A stretch of DNA of 64,000 bases from Gemmatimonadota bacterium (GCA_039591655.1 JBDHDE010000030.1:1266-65265), one strand, 5' to 3'; counted from the first letter of the stretch, positions 19,010 through 29,063 are shown. Numbers and translations: made by a program. The notes: generated by a model from the sequence alone, not told the origin.

Positions 19010-20841
19010 CGGTGACACTTCGGCACCTCATCGACGACGGCCGCGTGCACGTGATGGACGGGGCAACCGGGACGGTGCTCTACAGCAAAGGGATGTTCGT
19101 CTCCGTCTGCTACGACGAGCTCAACCTCTCGCATCCCGAGCTGGTTCAGGAGGTGCACGAGGGCTACGTCCAGGCCGGAGCCGAAGTGCTCGAGACCAAC
19201 ACGTTCGGTGCCAACCCCGTCAAGCTCTCGAGCTGGGGCCTGGATGACCGGGCCGAGGAGATCAACCGCGTGGCGGCGACGCTCGCGCGGGTTGTCGCAG
19301 GAGATCGCGTCAGCGTAGTGGGCGCCATCGGGCCTCTCGGCATCCGCATCGAGCCGTGGGGGCCAACGTCGCGTGAGGAGGCCATCGCGTTCTTCACACG
19401 GCAGGCCCAGGGCCTGCTCGACGGTGGTGTGGACGGATTCTGCCTCGAGACCTTCAGCGACGTCGACGAGCTGCACGCGGCGTACCATGCAGTGCGAGGG
19501 GTCTCGGACCTTCCCGTCATCGCGCAGATGACCGTCGATGAGAGCGGCAGAACCGCGTACGGCACCGACGTGGAGCACATCGCGGCCGCTCTCACGGAGT
19601 GGGGCGCGGACGTCGTGGGCCTCAACTGCTCGGTGGGTCCGGCCGTCATGCTCGAGGGCATCGAGCGCATGGCCGAGGTCAGCGATCGCGCCCTGGCGGC
19701 CCAGCCCAACGCCGGGCTGCCCAGGGTCGTCGGCGATCGGAAGATCTACCTCTCGAGCCCGGAGTACATGGCCAGCTACGCCCAGCGCCTGATCGGGTCG
19801 GGCGTGCGCTTCGTGGGCGGTTGCTGCGGCACGACCCCCGAGCACATCAAGGCCGTCAGCGATCTCGTCGCCACCGCACAGGCCAGGCAGGCCAGCGTGG
19901 TCGTGGCGCAGCACGAGGTCGCCGCCGCGGCCGAGGTGGAGCCGGTGCCGCTGGCGGAGCGCTCGCGCTGGGGTCGCAAGCTCGCCGCAGGCGAGTTCCT
20001 CACCAACGTGGAGCTCATCCCACCCGAGGGATGCCGCCCGGACACGCTCGTGTCACAGGCCCGGGCGCTGGCCGACGCCGGAGTGGATGCCGTGAGCATC
20101 CTGGACGGCCCGCGCGCCCAGAGCCGCATGGGCGCCGTTCCCGCGGCGATCATCATCGAGCGGGAAGTCGGGCTCGAGTGCGTGGTGCACTACACCTGCC
20201 GCGACCGGAACATGCTCGGGATGCTCAGCGATCTGCTGGGCGCCGCGGCGGCCGGTCTCACGAACCTCCTGATAGTGACCGGCGACCCGCCCCGCACAGG
20301 GCCCTACCCCGACTCGACGGCCGTGTTCGACATCGACTCCATCGGCCTGACCAACGTCGTGTATCGCCTCAATCACGGGCTCGACCCCGGCGGCAGCTCC
20401 ATCGGGGAGCCGACGCGCTTCGTGATCGGCGTGGCGCTCAATCACTCGGCCGCCGAGAGCGACCGTGAGCTCAAGCGGCTCTACTGGAAGGTGGACGCCG
20501 GAGCGGATTTCGCAGTCACCCAGCCGGTGTTCGATCCCGGCCAGCTGGAGCGCTTCCTCAAGCGTGCCGAGGAGTTCCGCATCCCGATCGTGGCGGGCGT
20601 GTGGCCGTTGCTCTCACTGCGCAACGCCGAGTTCCTCGCCAACGAGGTCCCGGGCCAGCATGTGCCACCCGGGGTCATCCAGCGGATGCGGCGCGCCCAG
20701 GAGCGGGGAGACGCCGCCGCCCGGGCCGAGGGCGTGGCCATAGCCCGTGAGATCGTAGAGGCGGTGAAGGGCGGCGTGCAGGGCGTTCACGTGAGCGCAC
20801 CGCTGGGACGGGTAGAGGTGGCGCGGCAGGTGATCGAATAA
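19006..20841 (+). CDS. bifunctional homocysteine S-methyltransferase / 5,10-methylenetetrahydrofolate reductase (YitJ-like fusion)
   Basis: The ATG overlaps the metH stop (ATGA). The N-terminal half is an Hcy-methyltransferase fold with LNCSVGP and [10 protein letters not shown]. The C-terminal half is MTHFR-like (VELIPPEG...HYTCRDRN...LIVTGDPP...FAVTQPVFD). Confidence 0.88.
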
Positions 20842-20845
20842 GGGG

Positions 20846-20885
20846 AAGGGGGAAGGGTGCTCCAACGGTAGCCCCCCTCCCCCTT
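20846..20885. terminator. GC-rich inverted repeat between convergent genes (putative bidirectional terminator)
   Basis: aaggggga (20846-20853) pairs with tccccctt (20878-20885). Additional inner pairing (gggtgc / gccccc) is possible. The element lies between the stops at 20841 and 20895. Confidence 0.5.
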
Positions 20886-20894
20886 TCCTGTTCC

Positions 20895-21767
20895 CTAGTC
20901 CCCCAGCTCTCCCAACACCCTCCGATAACGCGCCTCCGGCTTCTTGAACCCCAGGTTGCTAAGGTAGACCTTCTCGACACCCACCTCCCGCAGGACACGG
21001 ATGGTGCGGGCGCAGATCTCTTCCGGCGAGAGCCCGGACTCGAAGTCGCGGGTGACCCCCTCGGCGGGAACCGGGAAGAACTCCCCCAGCCGCGCCAGGG
21101 TCGTGGGATTGGCCGACCGGTAGAGGAAGACGCCGAAGACGCCCGGGTGGGGAACGTCGCGGCGCTCGGCTTCCTTGTGGAATCGCTCCACGGCGCGGAC
21201 GTCGTGATGGGAGACGATCTGCGTCAGGTAGAAGTCGCCGGTGTAGTCCGCATCGAGCAGGAAACGCACCTGCTCCACGGGGTCACGGTGCGGGTTGGCC
21301 CATCCCCCCAGCGCCAGCGTCGGATGCCGCTTGCGGATCTCCTGGCGCAGCAGGTAGGCGTGCTCCACGCAACGCGGCGGGCCCACCGTGCGGTCCCCTC
21401 CCAACACCGTGAGCGCCTCGAACCCGTGCGCAGCGGCCCTGTCGGCGTACATGAGGCAGTACTCGAGCGTGTGCTTGCTCGTAAGAAACGGCGCGAGCTT
21501 CGTGGGACTCACATCCCCGGCGAGGTTGGTCACCAGGTGCCTGAGATTCTCCTCCTCGGACTCCCCCACGGCATTGTCGGTGAGGAAGAGCACCATGTCG
21601 CCTCGTGCCAGGCGCCGCACGGAGTGGTACATGTCGATCCAGGTGTCCATGCTCTGGGCGGCCGACAGGCCGGTCTTGGGTGGCCGCAACTCGACCGCCA
21701 GCAGGGGACGGTCCTCGCGCAGCCGGTCCAGCAGCGTCGGGGGTCGGGAGGGGGTCGCGGTCGACAT
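20895..21767 (-). CDS. methylenetetrahydrofolate reductase family protein (divergent, stand-alone)
   Basis: By eye it aligns block by block with MetF. LAVELRPPK matches FEFFPP, and FLTDNAVGES matches VTYGANSGE. APFLTSKH...ALTVLGGD matches APHLTC...IVALRGD, and FYLTQIVSH matches AITQFFFD. Confidence 0.65.
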   Translation of the reverse strand: MSTATPSRPPTLLDRLREDRPLLAVELRPPKTGLSAAQSMDTWIDMYHSVRRLARGDMVLFLTDNAVGESEEENLRHLVTNLAGDVSPTKLAPFLTSKHTLEYCLMYADRAAAHGFEALTVLGGDRTVGPPRCVEHAYLLRQEIRKRHPTLALGGWANPHRDPVEQVRFLLDADYTGDFYLTQIVSHHDVRAVERFHKEAERRDVPHPGVFGVFLYRSANPTTLARLGEFFPVPAEGVTRDFESGLSPEEICARTIRVLREVGVEKVYLSNLGFKKPEARYRRVLGELGD

Positions 21768-21862
21768 GGGGCACGCTCAAGCTACAGATTCCATAGCCAA
21801 GAATCCACGAGACCGGGTTTGCCGATGCCAATGCCACATCCCCACCCGCGCGGGATCTGCGG

Positions 21863-22723
21863 GTGAGCAGCGCCAGCAGCTCGACCGCGGGAGCCGTCGT
21901 CGTCACCGGCGCAGCCAAGGGCATCGGCGAGGCCACGGCCCTGCACCTGGACGCCAAGGGCTTTCGTGTCTTCGCCGGCGTGCGCACCGAGGCAGACGCC
22001 GCGGCGCTGCGGGAGCGAGGCTCCGACCGTCTGGTGCCGATGTTGCTGGAGGTCACCGATGAGGCAGACATCGCCCGGGCGGTGGAGACCGTGAAGCAGT
22101 CCGGACCCTTCGAGCGACTGGCCCTGGTGAACAACGCGGCCGTCTCGTCCCCGGGGCCGCTCGAGTTCGTGCCCGTAAGCGAGGTCCGCGCCCACTTCGA
22201 GGTCAACGTGCTGGGCGCGTTGGCGGTCACGCAGGCGTTCCTCCCCCTGATCAGGGAGGCCCGGGACCGGCGCATCGTTAACGTGAGCTCCGTCAACGGC
22301 CGCCTGGCGTGGCGCTACATCGGTCCGTACATCGCCTCGAAGCACGCGCTGGAGGGCCTGAGTGACACGCTGCGGATGGAGCTGCATCGCTGGGGAATCC
22401 GCGTCTCAGTAATCCAGCCCGGCGCCATCGACACCCCCATGTTCGAGACCTCCCGAGAGCGGGGCCGCCGGATCGCCGGCGACTTTTCCGCCTCCGCCCA
22501 TGAGCTGTACGGCGGCCTCCTCCGCGCGATCGCGGAGCGTCCCGGTCGCGCCCCGAAGTACGCCATCTCGCCGGAGCGGGTAGCCCGGGTCATCCACCGC
22601 GCTCTCACCGCCCGCCGTCCCAGGATCCGGTACGTGGTGGGATGGGACGCCCACCTCGCGCTGCTCCTCACCCACCTCCTGCCCTACCGGGTCCTGGACT
22701 GGATCATGCTCCGGACTCACTGA
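21863..22723 (+). CDS. SDR family oxidoreductase
   Basis: The product has VVVTGAAKGIGEA (TGxxxGxG), NNAAV, and YIASKHALEG (YxxxK). Confidence 0.9.
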   Translation: MSSASSSTAGAVVVTGAAKGIGEATALHLDAKGFRVFAGVRTEADAAALRERGSDRLVPMLLEVTDEADIARAVETVKQSGPFERLALVNNAAVSSPGPLEFVPVSEVRAHFEVNVLGALAVTQAFLPLIREARDRRIVNVSSVNGRLAWRYIGPYIASKHALEGLSDTLRMELHRWGIRVSVIQPGAIDTPMFETSRERGRRIAGDFSASAHELYGGLLRAIAERPGRAPKYAISPERVARVIHRALTARRPRIRYVVGWDAHLALLLTHLLPYRVLDWIMLRTH

Positions 22724-22738
22724 CCCCCGGCGCCAGGG

Positions 22739-22783
22739 TGTGATATTGCTCACTTGACTTTGTATTACAAAGTACTTTACATT
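22739..22783 (+). promoter_or_regulatory. AT-rich promoter/operator-like island (CRP/FNR-like half-sites, 7-1-7 palindrome, -35/-10-like hexamers)
   Basis: TGTGA-tattgc-TCACt lies at 22739-22754, TTGACT at 22754-22759, and CTTTGTAtTACAAAG at 22758-22772. The self-complementary AAAGTACTTT is at 22769-22778 and TACATT at 22778-22783. All of this sits inside a genome that is otherwise about 70% GC. Confidence 0.45.
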
Positions 22784-24214
22784 GGTGCCGGCGGCGACGG
22801 GCTCCTCAGGGCTACCCCCTGGGGCGTCAACTTCTTCCTCTGGGTCACTGCGCTCGTCGGCGTGACTGCCGTCGTGTTCCGGCGACGCCGGGGCGCCTCC
22901 GCCACGGAGCTCGCGCTCCTCTTCATCCCTCCCCTGTTCTTCGCGCTCGCTCTGATGTGGCGCGACGCTCCGGTGCTCACCGCGTGGAACGCGCTGGCGG
23001 TGGCCCTCACCCTCACGCTGCCGGTCACCCGCCTGCTGGGCATCGATCTCCGGTTCGGCCGCGTGCTGGACTACGTGGCCGGGCTCATCACCACCGGCTT
23101 CAGTGCGGCCTTCGGCGGGATTCTCTTCGCGGCGGAGGACGTCGAGTGGCGGGCCGTTTCCGGCCACGGCAAGGCGCGCCTCGCCATCGCCGTCGCCCTC
23201 GGGCTGCTCCTGGCCGTGCCCGTGGCTCTGGTGTTCGGCAGCTTGCTGATGTCGGCGGACCCGGGGTTCGAGCGGCTCATTCGATCGATCTTCGACTGGG
23301 ACTTCGAAACCATCATCTCGCACGTGGCGCTGACGGCGTTCCTCGCGTGGATCGTGATCGGCTACCTGCGGGGCATCCTGCGCAGCGCTCGCTCCCCCCT
23401 TCCCTGGGAGCCGCTCACCAAGCCGTCGCTGGGCATCGTCGAGCTCGGCATCCCCCTCGGGATCCTCATGCTCCTGTTCGTCGCGTTCCTGGTGCTCCAG
23501 GCCGAGTACCTGTTCGGCGGCGAGGAGCTGATCCGCCGTACCACCGGCCTCACCTTCGCCGAGCACGCCCGGAGCGGGTTCTTCGAGCTGGTGCTGGTCT
23601 CGGCCCTCGTGCTGCCACTCCTCCTCGCGGCGGACTGGGCTTTGGACCGGAGCAACCCCACCACGGTGCGCCGCTTTCACGTGCTCGCGGCGGTACTCAT
23701 CGTGCTGGTGGCGCTCATCGTGGTATCCGCGGCTCACCGCATGCGGCTCTACCTGGACGCCTACGGCCTCACGCAGGCCCGGGTGTACGCCTCCGCCGTG
23801 CTGGTGTGGGCCACGGCCTCCATTGGGTGGTTCGCCGCCACGGTGCTGCGGGGCCGCGCCGAGCGCTTCGCGTTCGGGTCCGTGGTGAGCGGCTTCGCCG
23901 TGCTGGCAATCCTGAACGTGGTGAACCCGGATGCCTGGGTGGTGCGGGTGAACGTCGCACGGGGTGAGGCGGGCCTGGAGCTGGATTCGGAGTACCTCAC
24001 CGCTCTCAGCGCCGATGGTGCGCCCGCGCTGGTGGCAGCGCTCCCGGAGCTGCCTCCGGAGGCGCGCTGCGCGGTGGCCCAGCCCCTGAGACAGGACTGG
24101 GAGTCGGGCGATCCAGTGGATTGGCGGACCTGGAACGTGGCTCGCTGGCGAGCGCAACGCGCCGTCCGATCGAGCCCCTTGCCGTGGCCTGAGTGCCCGC
24201 CGGCGAATCCCTAG
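22754..24214 (+). CDS. polytopic membrane protein, DUF4153/DUF4173-like; start codon uncertain
   Basis: The product has many TM helices. The N-terminal GDGLLRATPWGVNFFLWV resembles the family's GD.LLR..PWG.N motif as I remember it. The first 9 codons from TTG 22754 are AT-rich, atypical for this genome, and overlap the operator-like island. In-frame GTGs at 22862 and 22874 would remove the motif. Confidence 0.6.
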   Translation: MTLYYKVLYIGAGGDGLLRATPWGVNFFLWVTALVGVTAVVFRRRRGASATELALLFIPPLFFALALMWRDAPVLTAWNALAVALTLTLPVTRLLGIDLRFGRVLDYVAGLITTGFSAAFGGILFAAEDVEWRAVSGHGKARLAIAVALGLLLAVPVALVFGSLLMSADPGFERLIRSIFDWDFETIISHVALTAFLAWIVIGYLRGILRSARSPLPWEPLTKPSLGIVELGIPLGILMLLFVAFLVLQAEYLFGGEELIRRTTGLTFAEHARSGFFELVLVSALVLPLLLAADWALDRSNPTTVRRFHVLAAVLIVLVALIVVSAAHRMRLYLDAYGLTQARVYASAVLVWATASIGWFAATVLRGRAERFAFGSVVSGFAVLAILNVVNPDAWVVRVNVARGEAGLELDSEYLTALSADGAPALVAALPELPPEARCAVAQPLRQDWESGDPVDWRTWNVARWRAQRAVRSSPLPWPECPPANP

Positions 24215-25524
24215 AGCCGCCCCCTCCGCTTGAGCTCGAGGTACTGCTCCACCACCACGCGACTGGCACGCTCGGGGTGCACGTCCAGCACCACGGCCCC
24301 GCCGCGTCGCATCCCGGCTAGCGCCTCGTCCCGCGCCATCAAGAGCTCCTCGGCGGACGCACGGCGGTAGGCCTCGCCCACCGTCGTGGGGTGCGCGGTG
24401 GCCGCGCGATCGAGCTCGGGGTTCCGTAGCGTGACCACGAGGGGCAGGTGCCGCGGCCTGAGGCTCGCTACGTGGGTCACCATGGCCTCCGACGCGAGGC
24501 GATCGATCACGTCGGTGAAGAACACCGTCAACGCCCGCTTTCGGTTGCGCACGGCCAGGTAGCGAAAGGCCGCCGGGTAGTCGGGTTCCACCAGCTTGGG
24601 CCGCACCACGGCCAAGACGTCGAGCACCTGGCGCAGCCCCCGGCGGCCCCGCTGCGGCATCACGTAGTGCTCGACGCCGTCCGAGAAGACCATGACGCCC
24701 ACGTTGTCGTCGTGGTAGTTCGCCGCGAAGGCGAGCCACAAGGCCGCCCGCACCACGTGCTCCATGCGGGCCTCACCTCCGAGGTCGGCCGTGAGCAGAC
24801 GCCCGGCGTCCAGCACGAGCAGTACCTGCTGACGCCGTTCCTCCTCGTACTGCCGGGCGATCACCTTGCGGCGGCGAGCGGTCGCCTTCCAGTCGATGTG
24901 ACGGGTGTCGTCGCCCGGTACCCACTCCCGCAGACTCTCGAACTGCCGTCCCTCGCCGGGCCGGCGCAGGTTCGCGAGGCCGCTCTCTCTGCGGCGCACC
25001 GCCTCGGCCACCGATGCCTTGAGCCGCGATGCCGGGAGACTAGGGTACACGGTGACGGTCCAGGGATGCTCGATGCGACCCTGCCGCGACGCGACTCCCA
25101 GTGGACCACGACTGCGCACGGCCAGCCAGCCGCCGGTTTCCCGACCGCGACGCTCCGGGGCCACCGGCAGAGTATCCCGCCACACCCCCCGGGCCGGCAC
25201 CGTCACGCTGCGGCGTGGCAATACTCCCCCGATGAGCCGCGGTCGCGTCTCCCGCACGGCGAGACGCGCTACCCGTCCGGAGGGGTTGTGCCACCGGTAC
25301 GTGCACTCGCTTGCCCGGCCGATGGTGAAGCTGTCCGGGGCGATCCGCTCCACCCCCAGGCTCACCGGTGAGACAGCGAGCCGACCATCCACCAACACCA
25401 GGGTCAGCATTGCTGCATTCAGGGCGGCCATGACGTCGAGGGCGAGCGGCGTGACGTATCCCAGCAGCCCCACGGGTGCCACGCAGGCGAAGAGGATCAG
25501 CGCGCGCTTGGTGGGGATGATCAC
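24211..25524 (-). CDS. DUF58 domain-containing protein (MoxR-associated)
   Basis: There are two N-terminal TM segments. GDDTRHIDWKATARRRKVIARQYEEERRQQVLLVLDAGR is the classic DUF58 core. The gene overlaps the MoxR gene by 4 nt. Confidence 0.85.
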   Translation of the reverse strand: MIIPTKRALILFACVAPVGLLGYVTPLALDVMAALNAAMLTLVLVDGRLAVSPVSLGVERIAPDSFTIGRASECTYRWHNPSGRVARLAVRETRPRLIGGVLPRRSVTVPARGVWRDTLPVAPERRGRETGGWLAVRSRGPLGVASRQGRIEHPWTVTVYPSLPASRLKASVAEAVRRRESGLANLRRPGEGRQFESLREWVPGDDTRHIDWKATARRRKVIARQYEEERRQQVLLVLDAGRLLTADLGGEARMEHVVRAALWLAFAANYHDDNVGVMVFSDGVEHYVMPQRGRRGLRQVLDVLAVVRPKLVEPDYPAAFRYLAVRNRKRALTVFFTDVIDRLASEAMVTHVASLRPRHLPLVVTLRNPELDRAATAHPTTVGEAYRRASAEELLMARDEALAGMRRGGAVVLDVHPERASRVVVEQYLELKRRGRL

Positions 25525-26477
25525 GCGGTAGGCGCCTCGGTCTGATCGAGTATGGACTTGAGCGCGGCGTCGGGGGTGACCCCCTCGAGCTCCAGCTCCG
25601 GGGCAACCGACACCCGGTGCCGCAACACCGCCGGGGCGAGTTGCTTCACGTCGTCGGGGATCACGAACTCCCGACCCTCGAGGAGCGCCAGCGCACGGGT
25701 GGTCTTGAGCAGCGCCACGCCCGCTCGCGGACTCGCGCCCAGAGTGAGGGACGCGGCCTCCCGGGTCGCGCGGACGATCTTCGTGATGTAGGCGGTGATG
25801 CGGGACTCCACCCGGACTGCCTGCGCCACTTGGCGCAGCTGCTCAACGCCGGCGGCGTCCACGACAGGAGCGACGCCGTAGGTGTCCGGCAGATCGGCCT
25901 CGAACCCCTGGAGATACCGCTCGAGGATCCCCTGCTCGGTATCCTCCGGCGGATAGCCCATGTTCACCTTGAGCATGAACCGATCCAGCTCGGCTTCGGG
26001 GAGGGGATAGGTACCCTCGAACTCGATGGGGTTCTGGGTGGCGAACACGGTGAACGTGGTCGAGAGGGCGTGGCTGGTCCCGTCCACCGTGACGGTGCGT
26101 TCCTGCATCGCCTCGAGCAGCGCCGCCTGCGTCTTGGCAGGCGCCCGGTTGATCTCGTCCGCCAGGATGAGGTCGTGGAACAGCGGCCCGGGACGGAACA
26201 CGAAGTCCTGCCCGCCGGTGAGCACCGATATCCCGGTGATGTCCCCCGGCATCAGGTCCGGCGTGAACTGGATCCGCGCGTAGCGCACGTCGAGCGCCCT
26301 GGCCAGGGTGCGCACGAGCAGGGTCTTGGCCGTGCCGGGGACACCCTCGAGCAGCACGTGTCCCCGCGCGAGCAGCGCCACCAGACAGTCCCGGGTCGCT
26401 TCGCCCTGACCCAGCACCACCCGGCGGAGCGCCTCTAGGATCTCCCGTAGCTTCCCGCTGGTCGTAGAGCTTCCCAC
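25521..26477 (-). CDS. MoxR-family AAA+ ATPase
   Basis: The product has Walker A GVPGTAKT, Walker B LILADEINRA, and sensor and helical regions typical of MoxR (FTVFATQNPIEFEGTYPLPEAELDRF). Confidence 0.92.
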   Translation of the reverse strand: MGSSTTSGKLREILEALRRVVLGQGEATRDCLVALLARGHVLLEGVPGTAKTLLVRTLARALDVRYARIQFTPDLMPGDITGISVLTGGQDFVFRPGPLFHDLILADEINRAPAKTQAALLEAMQERTVTVDGTSHALSTTFTVFATQNPIEFEGTYPLPEAELDRFMLKVNMGYPPEDTEQGILERYLQGFEADLPDTYGVAPVVDAAGVEQLRQVAQAVRVESRITAYITKIVRATREAASLTLGASPRAGVALLKTTRALALLEGREFVIPDDVKQLAPAVLRHRVSVAPELELEGVTPDAALKSILDQTEAPTA

Positions 26478-27673
26478 ACGTCCTCCACGGCTAGGGCGGC
26501 GTCGAGCACGCGCTCGTCGTCGCCACGTTCACGCAGTATCCGACCGAGTTGCGCCACTGCCTCCCGCGCCTCCCGACTTTGGGCGGCGAGGGCCAGCGAG
26601 TCGAGCCAGGGGCCGATCTCGCGCCGCGCCCCTCTTGGTCCGGTTCCCGTCCGACTCAAGCGGCGGCGCAACCCCTCGACGATCAGGTCGACGGCTTCGT
26701 CCCGGCCCCCGGCCCGCTCCAGTCCCACCGCCAGGGCATCGAGGTGCTCGAGGGCGGAACGGCGGCGGCGCTCTATGACGCGCAGCGCCGGCCCGAAGCG
26801 CACCGCCCCCGCCGCCAGGGCTAGCAGCCCGACCAGCGCCAGTTGAATGAGCACCCACCCACCCGGCTCGGCCCGCAGCCACCGCCAGGCGGCCCGGAAG
26901 AGCGAAGCGCCCTCTTGAAACCCATGATGGTACTCGTCCACCACGACGCGGGTGGGCTGTTCTGCCACGATCCATCCCAGCACCAGTGGGCCCGCGTCGG
27001 TCTCCTTGAGAACGCGATTGGAGAGATAGCGAGAGTCGGCCAGCAGGATCGCTCGCCCCCCGCCCTCCAGCTCGTGGCGCCACGCCACGGCACTTCCGTC
27101 CTCGGCGTGCAACAACAAGCTGCTGGACAGGATCCTCGGGGTATCGCACTCCGGGGACTCGACGGTGCGCTCCTCTCCGGCCTGCCCTTCCGCAGGGACC
27201 ACCGCCCGCCATACGTACTGTGCCTCCGGCAGCGCGCCGGAACCCGGCGGCGGGACCACCTCCACGGCACCCCCCTCACGCCGCGGCACTCGGTGGACCT
27301 CGAAGCCGAGACAGCGCTCGACCCCCGTCTCCCCGGCGAGCAGGAGCGCCCCACCTCCCCCCAGGTACTCCGTTACCTCCCGCACCTCCGCCTGAGTGGG
27401 CAGCAGCGGGATATCGAGCAGCGCCAGCCACGCACCGCTGTCGCGCCTCGCGGAGTACCCGAACAGCGAGCGACGCCGGCGCTCCACCCGGATACCCAAC
27501 TCCTCCAGCGCCTCGGCGAATCCCTGCGTGCCGTCCGGGCCGCTCAGCAAGGTGGAGCGCCGTATATCGAACAGCACCTCGCCGGGCGCCGTACGGCGGC
27601 CCGCCACGGCGGCCAAGACCATCGCGGCAGCGAACGCCGCGAGCAGCAGCACCCAGGTTCTAGCTCGCAGCAC
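26435..27673 (-). CDS. DUF4350-like membrane-anchored protein
   Basis: It has an N-terminal TM segment (WVLLLAAFAAAMVLAAV), a periplasmic domain, a second TM, and an Arg-rich C-terminus. Its position between the DUF4129 and MoxR genes matches the neighbourhood I recall. The family assignment is by context and general architecture only. Confidence 0.55.
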   Translation of the reverse strand: MLRARTWVLLLAAFAAAMVLAAVAGRRTAPGEVLFDIRRSTLLSGPDGTQGFAEALEELGIRVERRRRSLFGYSARRDSGAWLALLDIPLLPTQAEVREVTEYLGGGGALLLAGETGVERCLGFEVHRVPRREGGAVEVVPPPGSGALPEAQYVWRAVVPAEGQAGEERTVESPECDTPRILSSSLLLHAEDGSAVAWRHELEGGGRAILLADSRYLSNRVLKETDAGPLVLGWIVAEQPTRVVVDEYHHGFQEGASLFRAAWRWLRAEPGGWVLIQLALVGLLALAAGAVRFGPALRVIERRRRSALEHLDALAVGLERAGGRDEAVDLIVEGLRRRLSRTGTGPRGARREIGPWLDSLALAAQSREAREAVAQLGRILRERGDDERVLDAALAVEDVWEALRPAGSYGRS

Positions 27674-28283
27674 GGTGCGTCACCAGCTCGGCGGCCCGCC
27701 GGTCGAACGCGCTCAGATCCGTGGGGCTGCAGCGCGCGCCGCCGAAGAGATGGCGGTACAGCACCCTCACGAGATCGGTGAGCGCGCCCCGCGCCGGTGC
27801 GTCGAGCTGCGCCTCCAGCGCGTACTCGGCCGGGGTCTTGGACGGGTGGAAGCGGAGCGCCTTGCGAGCGTCGAGCTCGAGCACCAGCGCATTGAATCGG
27901 TGCGCCAACGCCTCGACATAGCGCCCCTCGGCGGCGAGCCGCCCGGCCTCGCTCAAGTACCATCCGGCATCCCGGGTACGCAGCGCGGCCTCCGGGCCAA
28001 CTGCGCCGGGCAGCGCATGCGGCTTGAGCGTGCGCCAGATCAGATAGCCGAAGTGCACGAGGATGGCGATCAGCAGACCCACCGCGGCACCCGTGAGCAC
28101 ACCGTACACCACGGGGTGCGCCTCCTGGAGCGCGGCCAGCCATTCCAGCACACGACCGAGAATGTCCAGCAGGAAGCGGAACGGATTGTCGGGAACCTCC
28201 CAGTCGTACTTCGGCTGGGCAAAGACGCGACGCAGGACGGCGCTGAGAGAGTCGGAGGGGGAGACCTGGAGAGCCGGGTTCAC
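27660..28283 (-). CDS. DUF4129 domain-containing protein
   Basis: It has a central TM segment and a C-terminal ..FHPSKTPAEYALEAQLD...LTDLVRVLYRHLFGG, which resembles the DUF4129 signature (T..EY ... Y..FG). It overlaps its neighbours by 4 and 14 nt. Confidence 0.65.
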   Translation of the reverse strand: MNPALQVSPSDSLSAVLRRVFAQPKYDWEVPDNPFRFLLDILGRVLEWLAALQEAHPVVYGVLTGAAVGLLIAILVHFGYLIWRTLKPHALPGAVGPEAALRTRDAGWYLSEAGRLAAEGRYVEALAHRFNALVLELDARKALRFHPSKTPAEYALEAQLDAPARGALTDLVRVLYRHLFGGARCSPTDLSAFDRRAAELVTHRAAS

Positions 28284-29038
28284 GCCTCGGCGGTCTCGAC
28301 TTCGAGCCCGAGCTGCCGACTCAGGTGATGGACGTCAAAGCCCTCCTTGCGCACCCGGAGGTCGTAGTACAGCAGCGTGAACGCGCACGAGACGACGGGA
28401 TAGATGATCAGCTGCAGCAACTGTCCGGCGATGCTCAGCACCACCTCCCAGTACGGCAGGACCACGGTCAACGCCAAGGCGACGATGAAAGGCAGGAGGA
28501 TCAGGGTGAACATGACGAGTCCCAGCACGAACGCCTTGCCCTTGTAGCCTCTGGTGAGATCCCACGATCGGCCCAGCGCGTCGATGCCCGACCGCGGGTC
28601 CTCCAGCACCACCGATTGCGCCACCACCGCGTACCCGCAGGCGATCACGACGCCGGGGATGAGGAAGAACAACAAGCCCAGGGAGATCACCAGGTACTTC
28701 GCCATACCGGCAACGAAGAGCGGCACGATCTTGCCCAAGGCAAACGTCAGCGCGTCGGCGAGCACCGGCTCCCGACCGAGATAGGCCTCCGAGATGACCC
28801 ATACGGTCGCGGCGGCGGCCACCAGGCCGCCGAGGCCGGAGAGCACGAACGACAGGAGCCACAGCATGGGATGCTGCAGCAGGCCACCGCCCAGCATCAC
28901 GTAGGTGTTGAGTACCGCCGGCGCGCCCTCGCACACGATGGCGATCGACACGAACGTACCGAAGTACCGGCGATAGATGGCGAGCGCTCCGTCGAGCATC
29001 TCGCCGAGTGCCATCGGGCGCAACTGATATGTGGCCAT
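28280..29038 (-). CDS. polytopic membrane protein (first gene of the MoxR operon)
   Basis: GGGAGG precedes ATG 29038. The product MATYQLRPMALGEMLDGALAIYRRYFGTFVSIAI... has 5-6 TM helices and a C-terminal YYDLRVRKEGFD. The 47 upstream codons of ORF ..29179 run into the divergent gene and are not credited. Confidence 0.7.
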   Translation of the reverse strand: MATYQLRPMALGEMLDGALAIYRRYFGTFVSIAIVCEGAPAVLNTYVMLGGGLLQHPMLWLLSFVLSGLGGLVAAAATVWVISEAYLGREPVLADALTFALGKIVPLFVAGMAKYLVISLGLLFFLIPGVVIACGYAVVAQSVVLEDPRSGIDALGRSWDLTRGYKGKAFVLGLVMFTLILLPFIVALALTVVLPYWEVVLSIAGQLLQLIIYPVVSCAFTLLYYDLRVRKEGFDVHHLSRQLGLEVETAEA

Positions 29039-29063
29039 CGTGCCTCCCGGGCGGTAAGATGCT

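Noticed and set aside
24211-24214. Convergent genes share their stop codons in the palindrome CTAG (24211-24214). There are also convergent 3' overlaps at 30889-30935 and 52135-52172.
   Set aside because: Small 3' overlaps of convergent genes are common in compact GC-rich genomes. In the longer cases they may simply reflect poorly conserved C-terminal tails. No further signal supports a regulatory role.
22406-24739. Very long ORFs lie antisense to or overlapping confident genes. Examples are 22406..24739(-) at 777 aa, 39841..41997(+) at 718 aa, 9553..11775(+) at 740 aa, 7788..9620(+) at 610 aa, 15722..17575(-) at 617 aa, 55456..57183(-) at 575 aa, and 48332..49525(-).
   Set aside because: Their translations are Arg/Gly/Pro/His-rich and low-complexity with no motifs, and they lie opposite genes with clear family signatures. 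This is the usual stop-codon-poor shadow-frame effect of very high GC content.
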